NCBI GenBank assembly: GCA_965205465.1 | Contig: OZ242187.1 | Span: forward strand, 2,006,244 to 2,070,243 | Length of the DNA: 64,000 bases | Direction: 5' to 3' | From: Candidatus Aldehydirespiratoraceae bacterium | GTDB lineage: Bacteria; Actinomycetota; Acidimicrobiia; Acidimicrobiales; Aldehydirespiratoraceae | In this document: piece by piece, positions 52,737-61,577 of the stretch | Layout: each line of letters begins with the position of its first letter | Position numbering within the stretch: position 1 is the stretch's first letter | The notes under the pieces: model-generated | The model's database searches: none | What the model was told of the DNA's origin: nothing | What the model saw: only the letters and a program-made list of their open reading frames with translations | Made by a program: the position numbers and the translations under genes

Positions 52737-53834
52737 ATGAGCATGCAGTTCAGATGCGAAAGAGACGTACTCGCAGAGGCCCTCGGTGTAGCCGGCCGAG
52801 GTGTAGCCACCCGCGGGGGAACAGCAGTCATCGGCGGAGTACGCCTTGAGCTTGTCGGCGATGAGCTCACCGCCACGGGCAGCGACGGCGATCTGACGAT
52901 CTCAGTGACCGTCACCGTCAACGGTGGCGGCGACGGCGTGACTGTCATGCGCTCGAAACTAATGGCCGACGTAGTTCGCTCACTTCGACCAGGCGCAGTC
53001 GACGTGATGATCGAAGACCAGGACGCACGCATCGTCGCCAGCCCCTCCGAATTCTCAATCCGGGTGATCACCACAGACGACTTCCCCGTGATCCCCGAAC
53101 CCGACGGTGATGTAGTCACCCTCGACGCGACCGTCTTCAAAGCAGCCGTCGAACAAGTAGAAAAAGCAGCCTCGTCTGACGATGCCAGGCCCATCCTCAC
53201 CGGCGTGTTGATGGCCGCGGAGTCCGGTGGGCTGCGGCTCGTGTCAACCGACTCCTACCGCCTGGCAGTTTGCGATATAGCAGGCCTATCGGTACTGGGT
53301 GAGGGTCAAAAAGTGCTGGTACCGAGCCGCGCTTTGAAAGAACTCGCCCGGGTCGTCGGTGAAGAAGAAGAGATCACGCTCTCACTAGGCGAACACAACG
53401 CCAGCTTCTCAGTCGGATCAGTGACCATCACCACCCGCCTGATCGAAGGCGACTTCCCGAACTACAACCGTTTGATTCCCGACGCACACGACAACCGCCT
53501 CACCATTGATCGCGAAAGACTGTTGGATGCGCTGCGCCGGGTTCGTCTACTAGCCCAAGAATCAACTCCGATCCGCATGTCGATGTCCGCAGAAGGACTC
53601 GAGGTAGCAGCCGTCACCCAAGAAGTGGGCGAAGCCCACGAGGTCCTCGAAGCCGAATACCAAGGCGAAGACCTGATGGTTGCGTTCAATCCCGAGTATT
53701 TGATCGACGGGATCGAAGTAACACCAGGATCAGAGGTCATGCTGGAGACCCTTGGCGAGTTGAAACCGGCCCTGCTCAAATCCTCCGAAGATCCCAACTT
53801 TCTGTATCTGCTGATGCCAGTGCGCGTCAGCTAG
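52737..53834 (+). CDS. dnaN: DNA polymerase III beta sliding clamp
   Basis: 'PIL.GV......GGLRLV.TDSYRLA', 'L.EG.FP.Y..LIP' and 'M..FN..YL.DG' match the clamp. Confidence 0.95.
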   Translation: MSMQFRCERDVLAEALGVAGRGVATRGGTAVIGGVRLELVGDELTATGSDGDLTISVTVTVNGGGDGVTVMRSKLMADVVRSLRPGAVDVMIEDQDARIVASPSEFSIRVITTDDFPVIPEPDGDVVTLDATVFKAAVEQVEKAASSDDARPILTGVLMAAESGGLRLVSTDSYRLAVCDIAGLSVLGEGQKVLVPSRALKELARVVGEEEEITLSLGEHNASFSVGSVTITTRLIEGDFPNYNRLIPDAHDNRLTIDRERLLDALRRVRLLAQESTPIRMSMSAEGLEVAAVTQEVGEAHEVLEAEYQGEDLMVAFNPEYLIDGIEVTPGSEVMLETLGELKPALLKSSEDPNFLYLLMPVRVS

Positions 53835-53858
53835 GGACGAACGTCTTGGCCGAGCCGC

Positions 53859-54944
53859 ATGGCGATACAGTCCCTGGAACTACTCGACTTCCGCATCTAC
53901 ACCCAAGCCGCGGTCGAGTTTGATCCCGGTCTTACCGTCATCGTCGGAGAGAACGGCCAGGGCAAAACCAGTTTGCTTGAAGCCATAAGCTGGATCGCCG
54001 GGCGTGGATCATTTCGCGGTGTAGCCGATGACTCGTTGATCCGCATAGGTGCAGACGCGGCGATCATGCGCGCCAACGCCACAGCTCCCGACGGCCGCAA
54101 ACAACTGATCGAAGTCGAACTACCCCGCGTCGGCAGAAATCGTGTGCAGATCAACCGCCAGGCTCTTCGCCGCAAAGGCGACCTGATCGGAGTCGTTCCC
54201 GTGACCATCTTCTCGCCCGACGATCTGGAACTGGTGAAAGGAGGACCAGCAGGCCGCCGGCGTTGGCTCGACGACGCAGCAGCAAGCCTGCAACCCAGCC
54301 ACGACGCGCTATGCAGCGAGCTGGAAAAGATCGTCAGACAACGCAACGCCCTGCTGCGATCCAGCGGAGGCCGACTCGATGCCGACGGAACGTTCACCCT
54401 CGATGTCTGGGACGCCAAACTCGCCACCACCGGAACCGCACTACGAACCGCCCGCCAAAGTTTGCTAACCGAACTCGAACCTCAGCTATCGGCGGCATAC
54501 GACGCAGTGGCAGGAAAGCCCGCAGAGATCAGCGCTGCCTACCTGCCAAGCTGGGAAGGCGAACTAACTGCAGCTCTCGAACAGGCACGCACGATCGACC
54601 TTCGACGCGGTCTATCAACCATCGGGCCGCACCGCGATGAGATCACGCTACAAATAGGAGACACGCCGGCTCGAACCCACGCCTCACAAGGCGAGCAACG
54701 ATCACTGGTACTAGCGATGCGGCTCGCAGTGGACGCACTAGTACGCCAAGGTGGAACCGCGGAGCCAGTGCTGCTACTCGACGATGTGTTCTCCGAACTA
54801 GACGCCGGACGTGCCGAGGCGTTGCTCGAGGCCCTGCCCAAAGGCCAACGACTCCTCACCACAGCCACCTGGGTTCCCCCCACAGCGACACCTGATCGGG
54901 TGCTCAAAGTGGCCGCAGGGACCGTTACGGAAATGCCCCGATGA
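53859..54944 (+). CDS. recF: DNA replication and repair protein RecF
   Basis: 'L.L.DFR.Y......F.PG.TV.VGENGQGKTSLLEAI', 'ASQGEQRSL.LA.RLA' and 'LLLDDVFSELD..R'. Confidence 0.95.
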   Translation: MAIQSLELLDFRIYTQAAVEFDPGLTVIVGENGQGKTSLLEAISWIAGRGSFRGVADDSLIRIGADAAIMRANATAPDGRKQLIEVELPRVGRNRVQINRQALRRKGDLIGVVPVTIFSPDDLELVKGGPAGRRRWLDDAAASLQPSHDALCSELEKIVRQRNALLRSSGGRLDADGTFTLDVWDAKLATTGTALRTARQSLLTELEPQLSAAYDAVAGKPAEISAAYLPSWEGELTAALEQARTIDLRRGLSTIGPHRDEITLQIGDTPARTHASQGEQRSLVLAMRLAVDALVRQGGTAEPVLLLDDVFSELDAGRAEALLEALPKGQRLLTTATWVPPTATPDRVLKVAAGTVTEMPR

Positions 54945-55267
54945 GCAGCGGTGACGACGCGCCCAAAAAACTTGGATGGTCTGTCGAGCGCCTACTGAAC
55001 ACAATGAAAGCGCCCAGCACAGACGTGCTCGAAGCAGTCTTTCTGCAATGGCCCCGAATCGTCGGTGAAGATGTAGCAGCCCACGCCCGACCCAGCGTCA
55101 TCGACGGTCGGACGCTGCTGGTAATCGCAGACGACCCGACCTGGGCCAGCCAACTTAAATGGCTCGAAACAGAACTCATAGCGAAGATCGAAGAAGTCTC
55201 AGGATCGGACCGGATTCAAGCCGTCAAAGTAAGGGTTGGACCGCAAGGATCAATGCCCCCCGACTGA
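54941..55267 (+). CDS. dciA: DUF721/DciA-family protein (Rv0004 position)
   Basis: 'W..IVGE.VA.H..P......G.L.V.ADDP.WA..L..L' matches the family. Its ATG overlaps the recF stop. Confidence 0.75.
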   Translation: MSSGDDAPKKLGWSVERLLNTMKAPSTDVLEAVFLQWPRIVGEDVAAHARPSVIDGRTLLVIADDPTWASQLKWLETELIAKIEEVSGSDRIQAVKVRVGPQGSMPPD

Positions 55268-55284
55268 TAGACTCAGTACAGTGT

Positions 55285-57327
55285 ATGGGCCTGGAAATCA
55301 GCGTCTCGAACGGACAAAACGAGATGACAATAGACACGATCAGCGCTGACGAATCGTCATACGAGGCTCAGGACATAACGATCCTCGAGGGGCTCGAAGC
55401 TGTGCGCACCCGGCCCGGTATGTACATCGGCTCCACCGGACCAACCGGCCTGCACCACCTGGTGTGGGAAGTCGTCGACAACTCTGTCGATGAAGCAATG
55501 GCCGGCCACTGCACGCGCATCAACGTCACCCTGACCCCCGACGGCGCCTGCGAAGTGTCAGACGACGGCCGCGGCATCCCAGTCGAAAATCATCCCAACT
55601 ACGAAGACCTGACAGCCGCTGAAGTTGTGCTCACCGTCCTTCATGCGGGCGCCAAGTTCGGCGGCAAGGGATACAAAGTATCCGGAGGACTGCACGGCGT
55701 AGGGGTCTCGGTCGTCAACGCCCTGTCAAAACGAGTTGAAGTCGAGATCGATCGTGACGGCGAACGCTACGCCATGCTGTTCGGCAACGGAGGCGAGCTG
55801 CTTCAACGGCTGAAGCCCGTGGGTCCGTCACCCAACGGCGAATCACCCATTGGCGAACCACCCAACGGCGAAACCGGACCCCGAACCGGAACCACCGTGC
55901 GATTCTGGCCCGACCCGGAGATCTTCGACGAAGTCGAATTCCGGTTCCAGACCCTGCTAGAGCGCTTTCAGATGATGGCTTTCCTCAACCGCGGGCTAGA
56001 GATCCGGGTGCGAGACCAACGAGAAAACGCGCTGTCAAACGACTGGGTCTCGTTCCAATACGACGGTGGGATCATCGACTTCGTCAGCCATATCAACGCC
56101 GCAAAAGAAGCGCTCTTCGAAACAGTCGGATATTTCATCGGCTCCGAAGAGATCGACGAAAACCCTCACGAAGTCGAAATTGCTTTCCAATGGAACACCG
56201 GCTTCAACGCCGATGGCATACACAGTTTCGCCAACGGCATCGCCACCATCGAAGGCGGCATGCACGAGCAAGGCTTCCGCTCCGCGGTCACCCGCACCGT
56301 CAACAGCTATGCGCGGAGCAAAGGGCTGCTCAAAGAAAAAAACGACAACCTCACCGGCGAAGACATTCGAGAAGGCCTCACCGCGATCATCTCCGCCCGA
56401 ATCGGCGAACCCCAATTCGAAGGCCAAACCAAATCGAAACTCGGCAATGTCTCAATGCGCTCGCTGGTGGAACGGGTGACCAACGAACGCATGGCCGACT
56501 GGCTCGAAGAACACCCCGGCGAAGCCAAAGTCACCATCACCAAAGCAACCAACGCCGCTCGCGCCCGGGTGGCAGCAGCCGACGCCCGCAAAGCCATCCG
56601 CTCCAAATCACTGCTCGACGGTGCGGGCATGCCCGACAAACTCAAAGACTGTTCAGCCAAAGACCCAGCCGAGCGTGAACTGTTCATCGTCGAAGGCGAC
56701 TCCGCAGGCGGTTCAGCGGTGAAAGCTCGAGATCCCCGAACCCAAGCGATCCTGCCGATACGCGGAAAAATCCTCAACGTCGAACGAGCACGTATCGACA
56801 AGATGCTGAGAAACGCCGAAGTCAAAACCCTCATCACCGCGATCGGGGCAGGTTTTGCCGATGAGTTCGACCTCGAACAAGCGCGTTACCACAAGATCAT
56901 TCTGCTAGCCGACGCCGATGTCGATGGCAGTCACATCCGCACCCTGCTGCTCACCTTCTTCTTCCGCCAAATGCGACCGCTCGTGGAAGCCGGATACATC
57001 TACATCGCCCAACCGCCGCTGTACTCGACAAAAGTCTCCAACAAAGAAACCGCCTACCTCAAAGACGACGCCGCCAAGGAAGAGTTCCTAGCCGGCCGTC
57101 CGAACTACACCAAGGACTTCCAGCGACTGAAAGGCCTCGGCGAGATGGACTGGGACGAACTTCGCAACACCACGATGAACGTTTCCTCCAGATCGCTGCT
57201 GCAGGTTTCGGTCGAACAAGTCGCCATCGCCGATGACGTGACGTCGATCCTCATGGGCGACGATGTCGAACAACGCAAGAACTTCATAGTCACCAACGCA
57301 CGCGAAGTGCGGAACCTGGACTTCTGA
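55285..57327 (+). CDS. gyrB: DNA gyrase subunit B
   Basis: 'ILEGLEAVR.RPGMYIGST...GLHHLVWEVVDNS.DEA', 'GGLHGVG.SVVNALS', 'LPGKLADC'-like 'MPDKLKDC' and 'EGDSAGGSA'. The start is either 55285 or 55324. Confidence 0.95.
   Translation: MGLEISVSNGQNEMTIDTISADESSYEAQDITILEGLEAVRTRPGMYIGSTGPTGLHHLVWEVVDNSVDEAMAGHCTRINVTLTPDGACEVSDDGRGIPVENHPNYEDLTAAEVVLTVLHAGAKFGGKGYKVSGGLHGVGVSVVNALSKRVEVEIDRDGERYAMLFGNGGELLQRLKPVGPSPNGESPIGEPPNGETGPRTGTTVRFWPDPEIFDEVEFRFQTLLERFQMMAFLNRGLEIRVRDQRENALSNDWVSFQYDGGIIDFVSHINAAKEALFETVGYFIGSEEIDENPHEVEIAFQWNTGFNADGIHSFANGIATIEGGMHEQGFRSAVTRTVNSYARSKGLLKEKNDNLTGEDIREGLTAIISARIGEPQFEGQTKSKLGNVSMRSLVERVTNERMADWLEEHPGEAKVTITKATNAARARVAAADARKAIRSKSLLDGAGMPDKLKDCSAKDPAERELFIVEGDSAGGSAVKARDPRTQAILPIRGKILNVERARIDKMLRNAEVKTLITAIGAGFADEFDLEQARYHKIILLADADVDGSHIRTLLLTFFFRQMRPLVEAGYIYIAQPPLYSTKVSNKETAYLKDDAAKEEFLAGRPNYTKDFQRLKGLGEMDWDELRNTTMNVSSRSLLQVSVEQVAIADDVTSILMGDDVEQRKNFIVTNAREVRNLDF
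55828..55872 (+). repeat. 3 x 15-bp in-frame repeat (SPNGE / SPIGE / PPNGE) inside gyrB
   Basis: TCACCCAACGGCGAA, TCACCCATTGGCGAA and CCACCCAACGGCGAA in tandem. Confidence 0.85.
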
Positions 57328-57337
57328 AGGATCCAAC

Positions 57338-59998
57338 ATGGCTGATACTCCAACTGTGGATCTTGATGACCAGGACGAGCCCGGTGACGTGACCGTCATC
57401 GAGATCCAGGAAGAGATGGAAAGCTCCTTCCTCGACTACGCCATGTCGGTCATCGTCAGCCGGGCCCTGCCAGATGCCCGTGACGGCCTCAAACCCGTGC
57501 ACCGCCGCATCCTCTGGTCAATGTTCGACCAAGGCTTCAGACCCGACCGAGCCCATGTGAAATGCGCTCGTGTGACCGGCGACGTCATGGCCCGTTTCCA
57601 TCCGCACGGCGACAGCGCCATCTACGACGCGCTAGCCCGCATGGCCCAGCCGTTCTCGCTGCGACACCCGCTGATCGACTTCCACGGCAACTACGGATCG
57701 CCAGAAGACCCACCGGCCGCAGCCCGCTACACCGAATCACGGCTCCACCCGCTCGCCATGCACATGCTCGCCGGAATCGACGAGAACACCGTCGATTTCG
57801 TCGACAACTACTCAGGCGATTTCAGCGAACCACAAGTTCTCCCGGCCCGCTTCCCCAACCTGCTGGTAAACGGAAGTCAAGGCATTGCAGTCGGAATGGC
57901 CACCAATATCCCGCCGCACAACCTCAACGAAGTATGCGATGCGGTTGTCCACCTGTTGCGAAACCCAGACGCCACAGTCGACGATCTGATGGAACACGTC
58001 AAAGGCCCTGACTTCCCCACGGGTGGCCAGATTCTCGGCCGGGTCGGCATTGAGTCGGCCTACCGAGAAGGCCGAGGTTCGGTCAAGACCCGGGCCTCGA
58101 TCGAGATCGTAGAGATCAAGAACCGCCAAGCGCTCATCGTGACCGCGTTCCCGTATCAGGTCTCCGCCGGGGCGGTCGCCCGGAAAATCGCCCACCTGGT
58201 CGACACCCGAGAACTCGAAGGCATCTCCGACATCAACGACGAATCATCTGGGGACGACACCCGATTCGTGATCTCACTCAAACGCGACGCCAACCCGGAA
58301 GTCGTGCTCAACAACCTCTGGAAAAGCACACCACTGCAAACCAGTTTCGGCGTCAACATGGTTGCGCTGGTCGCCGGGGTGCCCCGCACCCTCAATCTGC
58401 GGGGAGCACTCGTCGCCTACGTTGACCATCAAATCGAGGTCATCACCCGGCGTTCGCAATCTCGTCTCGATGGAGCCGAGAAACGCCTGCACATCGTTGA
58501 AGGCCTGATCCGCTGCCTCGATCTGATCGACGAGATCATCGCCACTATCCGCGCCAGCCAGGACCGCAGCGCGGCCCGTGACGCGTTGATGGCAGACCCG
58601 TTTGAATTCTCCGAAGTGCAAGCCAACCACATCCTCGACATGCAGCTCAGCCGACTAACCCGACTCGGCCGGTCTGATCTCGAAGAAGAAGCAGCCAACC
58701 TGCAAGAGAGAATCTCAGAACTCCAAGCGATCTTGGGCGACGATCAGAAGCTCCGCGGAGTGATCATCGACGAACTCACCGAAATTCGCGACAAATTCGG
58801 TGAACCCCGCCGCTCAACACTCGAAATCGATCCGGGCGAATTCGATATCGAGGATCTAATCGATGACGACCCGCTGGTGGTCACCATGAGCGCCGCCGGC
58901 TATGTGAAGACGGTCATGGCAGAAGAGTTCAAGACACAAGGCCGCGGCGGGCGAGGCGTCGCCGGCACCAAACTCAAAGACGAAGACACCCTCATCCACC
59001 TCATCTGGACAACAGCACACTCGTATCTGCTGTTCTTCTCCACACACGGCAGGGTCTACCGCCTACGGGCGCATGAGATTCCAGTGGCGTCGCGCACCGC
59101 TCGCGGCACGGCCATTGTCAACTTGCTGCCCTTGCAGGAAGGCGAGCGGATCCAAGCCATCATCGACACCCGCAACTACGAGACGCACCGCTATCTGTTC
59201 TTCGCCACCGCCAAGGGTCGAGTGAAGAAGACCCGCTTCAACGCGTATGACTCTTCAAGGCGAGCCGGCCTGATCGCCATCCGACTCAACGACGATGATG
59301 AACTCGCCGAGGTGGTTCCCACCAACGGGCTCGACGACATCTTGCTGTCATCCCGGCTCGGCCAGACGATCCGTTTCGAGGAGTCCAACGTGCGAGCGAC
59401 GGGAAGGCCCGCGGCCGGTGTTACGGGTATCCGGTTCAAGAAGCCCGGCGATGAAGTGGTGGCCTGCAACATCGCGGGTGGGGGAGCGTCGCTGCTTCAT
59501 CTCACCGCCAACGGTTTCGGCAAACGAACCCCCGTGGAGGAGTACCGTACGCAATACCGTGGTGGAAAAGGAGTCATCGGCATCAAGCTCACAGCAGACA
59601 AAGGGCCTGTTGTCGGTGCTCTAGTGGTCGAAGACCACGATGAGATCTTGGCCGTGACCGAAAACGGCGTGGTGATCCGCACGCCGGCCGAGGCGATCTC
59701 GGCGCAAAGTCGCAATGCAAGTGGAGTGAAGGTCATGAACCCCGACGAGGGTGACGTTGTCGCATCCGTGGTCCTAGTCACCCCAGATGACGACGGTCTC
59801 GATGACGACGGTCTCGATGACGACGGTCTCGATGACGACGGTCTCGATGACGACGGTCTCGATGACGACGGTCTCGATGACGACGGTCTCGATGACGACG
59901 GTCTCGATGACGACGGTCTCGATGACGACGGTCTGGATGACGACGGTCTGGATGACGGAAGGGACTCCGTCGACGAAAGCGGTTCTGTCAACGAATAG
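57338..59998 (+). CDS. gyrA: DNA gyrase subunit A with a (DDDGL)x11 acidic C-terminal tail
   Basis: 'FLDYAMSVI.SRALPD.RDGLKPVHRRIL', 'HPHGDSAIYDALARMAQ.FS.R' and the C-terminal beta-pinwheel repeats match GyrA. Confidence 0.95.
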   Translation: MADTPTVDLDDQDEPGDVTVIEIQEEMESSFLDYAMSVIVSRALPDARDGLKPVHRRILWSMFDQGFRPDRAHVKCARVTGDVMARFHPHGDSAIYDALARMAQPFSLRHPLIDFHGNYGSPEDPPAAARYTESRLHPLAMHMLAGIDENTVDFVDNYSGDFSEPQVLPARFPNLLVNGSQGIAVGMATNIPPHNLNEVCDAVVHLLRNPDATVDDLMEHVKGPDFPTGGQILGRVGIESAYREGRGSVKTRASIEIVEIKNRQALIVTAFPYQVSAGAVARKIAHLVDTRELEGISDINDESSGDDTRFVISLKRDANPEVVLNNLWKSTPLQTSFGVNMVALVAGVPRTLNLRGALVAYVDHQIEVITRRSQSRLDGAEKRLHIVEGLIRCLDLIDEIIATIRASQDRSAARDALMADPFEFSEVQANHILDMQLSRLTRLGRSDLEEEAANLQERISELQAILGDDQKLRGVIIDELTEIRDKFGEPRRSTLEIDPGEFDIEDLIDDDPLVVTMSAAGYVKTVMAEEFKTQGRGGRGVAGTKLKDEDTLIHLIWTTAHSYLLFFSTHGRVYRLRAHEIPVASRTARGTAIVNLLPLQEGERIQAIIDTRNYETHRYLFFATAKGRVKKTRFNAYDSSRRAGLIAIRLNDDDELAEVVPTNGLDDILLSSRLGQTIRFEESNVRATGRPAAGVTGIRFKKPGDEVVACNIAGGGASLLHLTANGFGKRTPVEEYRTQYRGGKGVIGIKLTADKGPVVGALVVEDHDEILAVTENGVVIRTPAEAISAQSRNASGVKVMNPDEGDVVASVVLVTPDDDGLDDDGLDDDGLDDDGLDDDGLDDDGLDDDGLDDDGLDDDGLDDDGLDDDGLDDGRDSVDESGSVNE
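59786..59950 (+). repeat. 11 x 15-bp in-frame tandem repeat GATGACGACGGTCT[C/G] (DDDGL)
   Basis: Nine identical copies, then two copies with C>G at the last base. Confidence 0.97.
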
Positions 59999-60070
59999 GC
60001 CAGGTGGCTGAACCCGAGCCGAGCTATTTCCCCCAGCAACTCGAATCGAGCACAAGGGTGATATCAAGAC

Positions 60071-60409
60071 GTGCGCCAGCAAACTGGAAACTGGCCAACC
60101 GACCGCGGCCAAGCCGTGCCCATGATGGTGGTGGTATTGCTGTTGGCGGCGCTGGTAGTGATGGCGATCGCCCGGCTCGGCATGGCCGCGGACGACGCCG
60201 CGAGAGCCCGAACCGCGGCGGACGCTGCAGCATTAGCGGGAGCGGCCGAAGGTTTTGCAATTGCAACAGAACTCGCCGAGGCCAACGGCGGCAACCTGTT
60301 GGACTACACGGCGTTCGGGAACCAAGTCGAAGTTCGTGTTCAAGTAGGAGCCAGCGTTGCTGTTGCCAGAGCGGAGCGCACGGTGGTGTGGGAACTCCCC
60401 GGTTCGTGA
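60071..60409 (+). CDS. TadE-like (Rv3654c-family) pseudopilin-like protein
   Basis: 'DRGQAV.MMVVVLLLAALVV.A......A.DDAARARTAADAAALAGA......A.ELA.ANGG.L.........V.V.V' fits the 'helicase/secretion-neighbourhood TadE-like' pattern. Confidence 0.55.
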   Translation: MRQQTGNWPTDRGQAVPMMVVVLLLAALVVMAIARLGMAADDAARARTAADAAALAGAAEGFAIATELAEANGGNLLDYTAFGNQVEVRVQVGASVAVARAERTVVWELPGS

Positions 60410-60479
60410 CGAACTTCCCCTACACTTGTCCGGTACTCGGCCACTGCTTTGGTCAACGCCCCGCCGAGGAAAAGTCTCC

Positions 60480-61301
60480 ATGAGTGAACCCACAAAATCC
60501 CCGTCGCAGCGCCCGTCGCAGCGCCCGCCGCAGCGCCCGCCGCAGCGCCCGTCGCAGCGCCCGTCGCAGCGCCCGTCGCAACGTTCTTCGCAGCCCCTAG
60601 CTGCCTTTCTGGAACGCCGCACCGCGAGCCGTCTCCGTGCCCGCAGAGTTCGCCGCCTGGTGCGCCACATCGAGCCGTGGTCGGTACTCAAGCTGTCGCT
60701 CATCTTCTACTTCTGTCTCTGGGTGATTCTGTTGATCGCCGGGGTGATTCTCTGGAGGTTTGCGGTCACCGCGGGCACCGTCGACAACGTGGAGAACTTC
60801 ATCAAGGAACTGTTTGCGCTGGAGACCTTCACCTTCAACCCCGACCAGATATTTCGGGTTAGCGCCTTGGGAGGTCTGGTGATGGTCGTCGCCGGGTCAG
60901 GGTTCACGGTATTGATGGCGGTGTTGTTCAACCTGATCAGTGATCTGATCGGCGGGGTGCGGATGACTGTGGTGGAAGAAGAAACCGCCAGGCCCCGGCC
61001 GAAGCGCACACGACCCCGCAAAGCAACCTCGGGGGCTGCTCGTTATGTCGCAAAGCCGACACAACAACCGGCCGGCGCGGCGCGTAGTGTCAAAAAGCCG
61101 ACACAACAGGCGGCCGGCGCGGCGCGTAGTGTCAAAAAGCCGACACAACAGGCGGCGCAGGGCGCTGCCAGGCCGAAACAACGAAGGGCCGCAGCGAAAG
61201 ATCCTGTTCCCGCACAACCCGCCGAAACCCCGTTTTGGCCCAGCGACAAACGTAAAACCGCGAAACGAGGTTCTTTGTCGAAACGACCGTCCGACCGCTA
61301 G
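60480..61301 (+). CDS. DUF3566-family membrane protein (Rv0007 position) with PSQR and 14-aa repeats
   Basis: 'VRHIEPWSVLKLSLIFYFCLWVILLIAGVILW....AG......NFI...F.........F' and 'V.AG.GFTVLMAVLFNLISDL.GG.R..V.E' match the family. GAGGAAAAG lies upstream of ATG 60480. Confidence 0.8.
   Translation: MSEPTKSPSQRPSQRPPQRPPQRPSQRPSQRPSQRSSQPLAAFLERRTASRLRARRVRRLVRHIEPWSVLKLSLIFYFCLWVILLIAGVILWRFAVTAGTVDNVENFIKELFALETFTFNPDQIFRVSALGGLVMVVAGSGFTVLMAVLFNLISDLIGGVRMTVVEEETARPRPKRTRPRKATSGAARYVAKPTQQPAGAARSVKKPTQQAAGAARSVKKPTQQAAQGAARPKQRRAAAKDPVPAQPAETPFWPSDKRKTAKRGSLSKRPSDR
60501..60584 (+). repeat. 7 x 12-bp in-frame repeat CCG[T/C]CGCAGCGC (PSQR/PPQR)
   Basis: Read directly. Confidence 0.9.
61047..61165 (+). 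repeat. about 2.8 x 42-bp in-frame repeat (VKKPTQQAAGAARS)
   Basis: GTCAAAAAGCCGACACAACAGGCGGCCGGCGCGGCGCGTAGT at 61089-61130. A variant copy lies before it and a partial copy after it. Confidence 0.85.
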
Positions 61302-61315
61302 CGTGGTCGCCTTGC

Positions 61316-61389
<74 letters not shown>

Positions 61390-61421
61390 CGTTCGGCGCC
61401 GCAAATCCACGGGAGGAACTG

Positions 61422-61577
61422 ATGGGTAGGAGTGGCCTATTCACACTCATACGAAGAGCCCTCGTTGCGATCGGGGCAGGAGTCGCAGTAGCGGCCGCGA
61501 TCAGAGTGCGAGGAAGCGGTGGCTCGCCACCCCAAAAAGGAGGCTGGCGGGAGCTTCGAGGCGACGACCTTCGCTGA
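61422..61577 (+). CDS. possible 51-aa membrane peptide (below the ORF-track cutoff)
   Basis: ATG 61422 is preceded by GGGAGGAA. The peptide is 'MGRSGLFTLIRRALVAIGAGVAVAAAIRVRGSGGSPPQKGGWRELRGDDLR'. Its TGA overlaps the next gene's ATG (TGATG). Confidence 0.4.
   Translation: MGRSGLFTLIRRALVAIGAGVAVAAAIRVRGSGGSPPQKGGWRELRGDDLR

Noticed and set aside
59497-60112. Minus-strand ORFs reading the gyrA DDDGL repeats as 'SSSRPS' or 'VIETVV' repeats
   Set aside because: They are antisense to the gyrA 3' end and consist of repeat-derived sequence only.
61390-61430. Looked for a tRNA-Ala after tRNA-Ile, as found in the mycobacterial ileT-alaT arrangement
   Set aside because: No second cloverleaf could be folded. 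The sequence instead leads into a short ORF with a strong RBS.
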